Positions 27,040-33,258 of a DNA stretch of 33,258 nt are shown one piece after another. The notes beneath the pieces are model-generated. The model was not told the origin of the DNA and searched no databases. It saw only the letters and a program-made list of their open reading frames with translations. A program made the position numbers and the translations under genes. Each line of letters starts with the position of its first letter. The first letter of the stretch is position 1. The DNA lies in NCBI GenBank assembly GCA_038129785.1, contig JAYPMF010000006.1, positions 1 to 33,258 on the forward strand. The letters are read 5' to 3'. The DNA comes from Flavobacteriaceae bacterium. Its GTDB lineage: Bacteria; Bacteroidota; Bacteroidia; Flavobacteriales; Flavobacteriaceae.

Positions 27040-29460
27040 ATGCGGTTACTCAAACTTGTATTTTTTCTTTCGGTTTTCTTTTCCCATTTTAGATGCTCCA
27101 AAGAAGTTGAGGTCAGCGAAAGCCTTGTTTTTTCCGAAAATCAAAAGTCATTATGGATTCAAGACAAAAAAATCTTACCAAAGTCCGATGCAGAATTTTA
27201 TTTGGATGACCCAGCTCCTCAATTTCGGAAAACCTTCTTTTTAATTGACCTACCCAAAAAAGCCACCCTGTTCATTACAGCAGCTGGATATTACAAAAGT
27301 ACCATCAATACTTTTGAGTTAGAAAATAATATTTTGGATCCTGCCTGGACCGACTTCAGTAAGAGGATCTACTTCAGGGAATACGACATCACCGAACTAC
27401 TGACTCAAGGAATGAATTGCATAGGGGTATCCTTGGGAAATGGTTTTTACAATCCACTACCCTTAAAAATGTGGGGGAGAATAAATTTAAGAGAAAGGCT
27501 TTCTGTGGGTAAACCAAGGTTTATTGCAAAACTGAGGATCACACACCCAAATGGAAAAACAGAGGAAATTGTCTCCGACAGTTCATGGAAATACAGCTAT
27601 GGTCCAATCATTAAAAACAGTGTTTATCTGGGAGCACACTATGATGCAAGAAAAGAACTAAAGGGTTGGAACAAGGCAGATTTCAATGATTCTGATTGGG
27701 AAAATGCAATTACAGCCAATCCTCCTGGCGGAAAACTTCAAAAAGCTTTTTTTCCACCCATTAAAATAAATAAAAAAATTGAACCTCAAAAAATATACCC
27801 CACTAAAAATGGTAAATGGATGGTAGATATGGGTGAAAATTTTACCGGTACTTACTACATCAAATTAAGTGGGAAAAAAGGAGACAAAATAACCTTCAGG
27901 TTTGGGGAACGCATATATAAAGATGGTTCATTGAATCCCATGACTTCTGTGATCGGTCAAATAAAAAAGAAAGGTGCAGGTGGGCCGGGGGCTCCCGATG
28001 TGGCTTGGCAAACAGACTGCTACATTATCGGTCATGAGAACCCCACTTGGTTCAGGCCAGAGTTTACCTATCACGCCTTCCGATATATGGAAATTGATGG
28101 ATTAAATTACAAACCTAAAAAAAATGAAATCATAGGACTCTCCATTCACACAGCTGTTCACCAAAAGAATGATTTCACCTCCTCTGCCCCCTTATTGAAT
28201 GAAATTCAAAAAACCATAAGAAGAACTTTTTTGGCAAATTTAGTGGGTGTACAATCCGATTGCCCGGCCAGAGAAAAATTTGGTTATGGAGGGGATCTCA
28301 ATGCAACCAGTGCCTCTTTTATCTACAACTTTGACATGCAAACATTCTACAAAAAAACTGTCTATGACTGGGTAGATGCCATCAACGACTCCACCTTTGT
28401 AGACACCGCTCCAAGTGTGGGTATTCAATATTGTGGTATCAGCTGGGAATCAGCTTTTTTGATCACACAATATCAACTATATCTCTACTACAATGACCTG
28501 GATTTTATAAAAGAAATGTATCCCTTTAATCAACAGTGGATGGACAAAGTCGATCGGATTCACCCCGAAGGAATAGTAAACAAAGGTTTGAGTGATCATG
28601 AGTCCCTATCCCCTGTTCCAGTTGAGTTAGTTGGTACTTTACACTACCTTCAAACGGCTAGAATAATGAAAGTTTTTGCGGGCATTATGCAGGATCGAAA
28701 AAGTCAATCAAAATACCATCAACTGGCATCTGATTTGACAAAAAAAATACGTGAAGCATTTTGGGAGAAAAGCATCAAAGGCCCCATCAATCGACAAACT
28801 TTATTTGCCTCACTCCTCTATCACAAAATCATACCCGAGAACGAAATTCATTCAGCAAAAGACTCCCTGAGAAGTGCGCTACAAAAAGCCCCCGCTCAGC
28901 ATTTGACCACGGGTATTTTTGGAACACCTTATGCATTGGAAGCCATTTCGGAATATTTATCACCTCAAACTACCATAAATATAGTGAACAGTATAGATTA
29001 CCCCGGTTGGGGATATATGGTTGAGCAAGGAGCAACCACCCTATGGGAAACATGGAAAGAGAGCGATAATATTTACTCCAATTCCCATCCAATGTTTGGT
29101 TCTCTAACCGAATGGTTTTATCGCTGGCTAGGTGGTATAAGACCCGATCCTAGGCATCCAGGCTTTAAGAAATTTTTCATCAAGCCTTTTACCCCGAAGG
29201 GACTGGACAGTGTCTTTACATGCTATAACTCACCCCATGGAAAAATCATATCCCAATGGAGCAAACGAGACAGAGGCTATCGATATGAAATTACAGTTCC
29301 AGAAGAGAGTGTTGCTCAAGTCGAATTGAACAAAAAACCATATCAAAAAATTAATATATTGAAAGGCCAAAATCTTTTGAGCAGGAGTGATAAAACCAAA
29401 TTAAATTATGGGCGGTTTAATCTAGAGTGTGGAGATTATGTTTTTTGGATTTCCCCATAA
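27040..29460 (+). CDS. GH78-like (alpha-L-rhamnosidase family) six-hairpin glycoside hydrolase, exported
   Basis: N-terminal signal 'LVFFLSVFFSHFRC'. 'SDCPAREKFGYGGD' corresponds to the GH78 'DCPxRDERxGWxGD' motif. Also 'GATTLWETW' and 'GSLTEWFYRWLGGIRPD..PGFKKFFIKP'. Confidence 0.72.
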   Translation: MRLLKLVFFLSVFFSHFRCSKEVEVSESLVFSENQKSLWIQDKKILPKSDAEFYLDDPAPQFRKTFFLIDLPKKATLFITAAGYYKSTINTFELENNILDPAWTDFSKRIYFREYDITELLTQGMNCIGVSLGNGFYNPLPLKMWGRINLRERLSVGKPRFIAKLRITHPNGKTEEIVSDSSWKYSYGPIIKNSVYLGAHYDARKELKGWNKADFNDSDWENAITANPPGGKLQKAFFPPIKINKKIEPQKIYPTKNGKWMVDMGENFTGTYYIKLSGKKGDKITFRFGERIYKDGSLNPMTSVIGQIKKKGAGGPGAPDVAWQTDCYIIGHENPTWFRPEFTYHAFRYMEIDGLNYKPKKNEIIGLSIHTAVHQKNDFTSSAPLLNEIQKTIRRTFLANLVGVQSDCPAREKFGYGGDLNATSASFIYNFDMQTFYKKTVYDWVDAINDSTFVDTAPSVGIQYCGISWESAFLITQYQLYLYYNDLDFIKEMYPFNQQWMDKVDRIHPEGIVNKGLSDHESLSPVPVELVGTLHYLQTARIMKVFAGIMQDRKSQSKYHQLASDLTKKIREAFWEKSIKGPINRQTLFASLLYHKIIPENEIHSAKDSLRSALQKAPAQHLTTGIFGTPYALEAISEYLSPQTTINIVNSIDYPGWGYMVEQGATTLWETWKESDNIYSNSHPMFGSLTEWFYRWLGGIRPDPRHPGFKKFFIKPFTPKGLDSVFTCYNSPHGKIISQWSKRDRGYRYEITVPEESVAQVELNKKPYQKINILKGQNLLSRSDKTKLNYGRFNLECGDYVFWISP

Positions 29461-29480
29461 AAACTATTTAAAAAAATTGA

Positions 29481-30884
29481 ATGATGAATTTACCTCTATG
29501 TAAAAAAATCATTTTTTTGATCATTACCTTAATTGTGACTGATGGGACAGGTCAATCCCTTGAAAACAAAAAAATGGCGGGATATAAGCCCATATGGTTT
29601 GAACTGAATCAAAAATATGAATACGGTGATAAATACTCTGGTGCGCTAGGCACCTATACTGCCAAACATCATCCCTTGGCCATCTATGCTGATGTGGTAG
29701 ACAAAACCTTTTTTGTGTATGGAGGGACAAAATCTCCAAAGAGCAAACACCTGCTTTGTATGATCGGCGAATTCGATCACTCTTCAGGTCTAGTTTCCCA
29801 ACCCCTGGTGGTTTGCGACAAGATGGGGGTGGATGACCCTCACGACAATCCCTCTATTTTAATCGATGATCAAGGATTCATTTGGATTTTTGTTAGTGGT
29901 AGAGGTAAGGTTCGTATGGGATTCAAATACAAAAGCAAAAAACCTTATAGTATTGAGGGATTTGAAAAAATAACAACCGAGGAAATGACCTATCCTCAAC
30001 CCAAAAAAATGGGTTCCACATTTTTCAATTTTTTTACCAAATATACAGGTGTAAGACAACTTTATTTTGAAAAAAGCAAAAATGGTATCCACTGGTCTGA
30101 AGATCGATTACTTGCGGCCATACCCGAAAAAAAAGATCAAAAATCGGGTCACTACCAAATCAGCGCTCAATACCAAGAAAAAAAGATGGGGACTTTTTTT
30201 AACCGCCACCCCAATGGCATTGTAGACCAAAGAACTGACCTATATTACCTAGAGACCGATGATATGGGGGAAACATGGAAAACTGCTGATCAAAAATCCA
30301 TTTCGGTTCCAGTTACTGAAAAAAGCTCCCCTTCTAGGGTAGTAGATTATTTAAGCCTTAAAAATAATATTTATCTTAAAGACATGGTCTTTGACTCTAA
30401 AGGAAGACCCATTTGTCTTTATATAAGAAGTAAGGGACATAAGCCAGGACCGGAAAACCAACCATACGAGTGGTGCATTACCAAATGGAATGACTCACAA
30501 TGGACAACACATACTATTACTACTTCCGATCACAATTATGATATGGGTAGTTTGCTGTTTTTTAAAAAAGAGTTGTATCTGGTTGCCCCTACCGCAATAG
30601 GCTTACAAAAATGGGGGGTCGGAGGAGAATTACAAGTTTGGAAATCCCATGATTCGGGGGCGCATTGGGTTAAAGAAAAAAACCTCACTCAAAACAGCCA
30701 AATGAATCATTCCTATGTAAGAAAATCCGAAAACTTTAAAGCTCCATTTGTTTTTTTCTGGGCTTATGGTGACGCTCACCAATTCAGTAAATCAGAATTA
30801 TTTTTTGGTAACCTAAAGGGAGAAATATGGAAACTCCCTTACAATATGGAAAAGGAATCTGAATTACCCCAGCAGATCAAGTGA
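29481..30884 (+). CDS. Secreted Asp-box (BNR) repeat protein of unknown function, probable beta-propeller (BNR_4-like)
   Basis: Signal peptide 'KKIIFLIITLIVTDGTGQ'. Asp-box matches (S/T-x-D-x-G-x-x-W) are 'TDDMGETW' (30255-30278) and 'SHDSGAHW' (30645-30668), plus a weaker 'SKNGIHWS'. No sialidase FRIP motif was seen. Confidence 0.5.
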   Translation: MMNLPLCKKIIFLIITLIVTDGTGQSLENKKMAGYKPIWFELNQKYEYGDKYSGALGTYTAKHHPLAIYADVVDKTFFVYGGTKSPKSKHLLCMIGEFDHSSGLVSQPLVVCDKMGVDDPHDNPSILIDDQGFIWIFVSGRGKVRMGFKYKSKKPYSIEGFEKITTEEMTYPQPKKMGSTFFNFFTKYTGVRQLYFEKSKNGIHWSEDRLLAAIPEKKDQKSGHYQISAQYQEKKMGTFFNRHPNGIVDQRTDLYYLETDDMGETWKTADQKSISVPVTEKSSPSRVVDYLSLKNNIYLKDMVFDSKGRPICLYIRSKGHKPGPENQPYEWCITKWNDSQWTTHTITTSDHNYDMGSLLFFKKELYLVAPTAIGLQKWGVGGELQVWKSHDSGAHWVKEKNLTQNSQMNHSYVRKSENFKAPFVFFWAYGDAHQFSKSELFFGNLKGEIWKLPYNMEKESELPQQIK

Positions 30885-30969
30885 ACCAATTAAACTTTAA
30901 TGATTAAATTGAAAAATAATTATTTTTAGAAACTTAGTCAGATCATTGCAAGACTAAAGGCTGTAACAT

Positions 30970-32205
30970 ATGAAATCGTTGACTAAAATACAGTTGTCAT
31001 TAATGATGTTCCTCCAATTTTTTATTTGGGGAGGCTGGTTTGTAACCCTGGGGACTTTCCTAGGAAATAATCTTAGTGCCACAGGTGGACAAATTGCAAT
31101 GGCTTTTTCGACCCAATCCTGGGGTGCCATTATTGCTCCTGTTTTTATCGGATTGATCGCTGATCGATATTTTAATGCTGAAAAAATTTTAGGAGTTTTA
31201 CACCTTCTCGGAAGTGGGCTGTTGTTTCTCATGTCCCAAACAAATGATTTTACTGTTTTTTACATATACGTATTTAGTTATATGGTCCTATACATGCCCA
31301 CCCTTGCCCTTGTAAATTCAGTTTCTTTTAATCAAATGAAGGATACTGCTGTAGAATTCCCACTCATTCGAACTTTTGGAACCATAGGCTGGATCATTTC
31401 TGGTTTAGTTATCAGTTATGTATTTGGATGGGATGCTCAAGAATCCATTGTCTCAGGAGCATTGTCCAACACCTTTAAAATGGTGGCACTGGCCTCATTG
31501 GTTCTGGGAATCTTCAGTTTTAAACTGCCCAAAACCCCGCCCTTTAGAGAAGCCCGAAAAAGTTTTTCTCTAAAAAGTGCACTAGGGTGGGATGCCCTTA
31601 AACTGTTGAAGGAGCGTAATTTTCTATTGTTCTTTATCGCTTCCATTTTAATTTGTATCCCTTTGGCTTTTTATTACCAGCAGGCAAATCCTTTTTTGGT
31701 TGAATTGGGAATGGATAACCCCACAGCAAAAATGTCTCTCGGACAGGTCAGTGAAGTATTATTCATGCTTTTACTTCCGATATTCTTTGTTCGTTTTGGA
31801 TTTAAAAACACGATTTTGGTAGGCATGATGGCTTGGGTGATACGTTATCTTTTGTTTGCCTACGGGGATGTGGGAGAAAAAACTTTTATGCTCATCAGCG
31901 GTATACTATTGCACGGAATATGTTATGATTTTTTCTTTGTCTCGGGTCAGATTTTCACCGACTATAAGGCAGGAGAAAAAGTAAAAAGTGCTGCCCAAGG
32001 TCTGATCACGCTGGCCACCTATGGGGTAGGAATGCTCATTGGTTTTTGGATTGCAGGAAAAGTTTCTGATGCTTTTATCATAGGATCGGGAAAACACGAA
32101 TGGGAGACAATCTGGAAATTCCCAGCCCTTTTTGCGCTGGGAGTGTTTCTACTGTTTCTGTTCATTTTTAAAAATGAAAAAATCAACTATAAAAATCAAT
32201 CCTAA
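30970..32205 (+). CDS. MFS transporter of the nucleoside:H+ symporter (NHS; NupG/XapB/YegT-like) family
   Basis: About 12 TM segments. The N-terminus 'IQLSLMMFLQFFIWGGWF' is characteristic of the NHS family; 411 aa. Confidence 0.75.
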   Translation: MKSLTKIQLSLMMFLQFFIWGGWFVTLGTFLGNNLSATGGQIAMAFSTQSWGAIIAPVFIGLIADRYFNAEKILGVLHLLGSGLLFLMSQTNDFTVFYIYVFSYMVLYMPTLALVNSVSFNQMKDTAVEFPLIRTFGTIGWIISGLVISYVFGWDAQESIVSGALSNTFKMVALASLVLGIFSFKLPKTPPFREARKSFSLKSALGWDALKLLKERNFLLFFIASILICIPLAFYYQQANPFLVELGMDNPTAKMSLGQVSEVLFMLLLPIFFVRFGFKNTILVGMMAWVIRYLLFAYGDVGEKTFMLISGILLHGICYDFFFVSGQIFTDYKAGEKVKSAAQGLITLATYGVGMLIGFWIAGKVSDAFIIGSGKHEWETIWKFPALFALGVFLLFLFIFKNEKINYKNQS

Positions 32206-32254
32206 CATTTCAAAGCAAATCGTTCAGACTGGGGAAATATATTATTTTTAAAGC

Positions 32255-33082
32255 ATGAAAGTTTATAAAAAAGAAAATGACATTATTGTACAAAACGAAG
32301 GTTCGTTCTATTGTTTAGAAGGTGAAAATTGGGATGAATACATCAATGATGACCAATTATTTCAAAAGCTAAAAGCCTCCATTGGAAACGCAAAAACCAT
32401 AAATTTCGATCACCTTGAGGGATTGAATCCGCCAATTGATTCTCAAGAATTATGGGCCAGCGGAGTCACATATTACATGAGTAAAAAAGGACGAGAAGAA
32501 GAATCTAAGGAAACCGGAGGTTCCATATTTTACACCAAAGTTTATGAAGCCGACCGACCAGAATTGTTTTTTAAGGCGACCAAAAGTAGGATTTCGGGTA
32601 CTGGTGAAGCTGTAAGAATTAGAAGAGACTCCTCTTGGAATGTTCCTGAGCCAGAACTTACCCTTTTTGCCACATCAAATGCGAAAATAGTTGGTTACAG
32701 TATTGGTAATGATATGAGCTCAAGAGATATCGAGGGGCAAAACCCATTGTATCTACCTCAAGCCAAAACCTATGACGGTTGTGCCAGCTTAGGTCCTTGT
32801 ATTTATGTCCCTGAAAAACCAGTGGATCAGCCTTTGAAAATTGAACTTACCATACAAAGAAAGGGGGCTGTTGTTTTTCAGGAAAGCATTTCAACCGACC
32901 GAATGAAAAGAAAGCCACAGGAACTGGTGGACTACCTTTTTAGGGAAAGCTCTTTCCCTAATGGTGCCTTTCTAATGACCGGAACTGGTATCGTCCCTCC
33001 TGCAGATTTCAGCTTGGCCTTGAGCGATATAGTCAGTATTGAGATTGAAAAAATTGGAACATTAACCAACCCTGTGGCATAA
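32255..33082 (+). CDS. Fumarylacetoacetate hydrolase (FAH) family enzyme (KdaD-type 2-keto-3-deoxy-sugar-acid dehydratase or diketo-acid hydrolase-like)
   Basis: FAH-fold metal-triad context 'VPEPELTLF...IGNDMSSRD' and 'MTGTGIVPP'. It has a small N-terminal domain preceding the catalytic fold. Confidence 0.78.
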   Translation: MKVYKKENDIIVQNEGSFYCLEGENWDEYINDDQLFQKLKASIGNAKTINFDHLEGLNPPIDSQELWASGVTYYMSKKGREEESKETGGSIFYTKVYEADRPELFFKATKSRISGTGEAVRIRRDSSWNVPEPELTLFATSNAKIVGYSIGNDMSSRDIEGQNPLYLPQAKTYDGCASLGPCIYVPEKPVDQPLKIELTIQRKGAVVFQESISTDRMKRKPQELVDYLFRESSFPNGAFLMTGTGIVPPADFSLALSDIVSIEIEKIGTLTNPVA

Positions 33083-33093
33083 TTTTAATGATA

Positions 33094-33258
33094 TGGAAAT
33101 CAGTGGTAAAAATTTTATTGGAGATAAATTGTCTGGACTTGGAAAGGTAACCTACAAGACTATTGACCCCCTAAAAAATATTGAAAACGACACCCTATTT
33201 GTAGAAGCCACATCAGAGGAATTAAAGGAAGCTGTGGCTTTAGCAGATGCTGCTTTTC
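33094..33258 (+). CDS. Aldehyde dehydrogenase (NADP-type, KGSA/2,5-dioxovalerate dehydrogenase-like), 5' partial, runs off the window
   Basis: The reading frame is open for 55 codons from ATG 33094 (MEISGKNFIGDKLSGLGKVTYKTIDPLKNIENDTLFVEATSEELKEAVALADAAF). This resembles N-termini of that ALDH subgroup as I recall them, and it lies 11 nt after the FAH gene. Confidence 0.55.

Noticed and set aside
30934-30957. 6-bp stem (ttagtc/gactaa) with a 12-nt loop just upstream of the NHS transporter start
   Set aside because: The stem is short and weak and cannot be extended. I cannot distinguish it from chance without conservation data.
30954-31232. 92-aa minus-strand ORF overlapping the NHS transporter 5' end
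   Set aside because: It is antisense to a gene with a characteristic family N-terminus and has no motifs.
1-33258. Window-wide search for CRISPR repeats, IS/transposase or integrase genes, phage genes, toxin-antitoxin pairs, restriction-modification or other defence genes, and rRNA/tRNA
   Set aside because: None were found. All ORFs of about 150 aa or more have ordinary metabolic or envelope assignments. The largest non-coding gap is about 215 nt, and it contains no repeat array or structured-RNA signature that I can recognise by eye.

Overview
This is an AT-rich chromosomal segment that looks like a Flavobacteriia/Bacteroidota genome. The signs are a PorT-type T9SS gene, a short 287-aa primary sigma factor, a fused OtsA-OtsB, a TAnnTTTG-type -7 box and no Shine-Dalgarno sequences. 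Positions 1-13 kb hold tightly packed housekeeping genes: trkA-trkH, ubiE/menG, porT, a TrmH-type methyltransferase, an Omp85/TamL-like outer-membrane protein, fbaA, accD, rpsO, pnp, rpoD and rpe. Positions 13-20 kb hold an OmpA-family protein with five thrombospondin-type-3 repeats, a divergent GH15 / OtsA-OtsB trehalose pair and a secreted GH32. Positions 20-33 kb form a carbohydrate/sugar-acid catabolic cluster: S1 sulfatase, PfkB kinase, NAL-type sialate lyase, SSS symporter, lipoprotein amidohydrolase, GH78-like hydrolase, Asp-box protein, NHS-family MFS transporter, FAH-family enzyme and a partial aldehyde dehydrogenase. I found no rRNA/tRNA, CRISPR array, transposase/integrase/phage gene or recognisable defence or toxin-antitoxin gene, and no unexplained intergenic gap longer than about 215 bp. 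I therefore do not see a discrete hidden mobile or defence-type system. The most plausible place for undescribed biology is the right-hand cluster, which has no SusC/SusD pair and no regulator, and whose gene mix does not match any pathway I can name. All functional calls come from motif reading of the supplied translations and from memory of the families; no database search was run.
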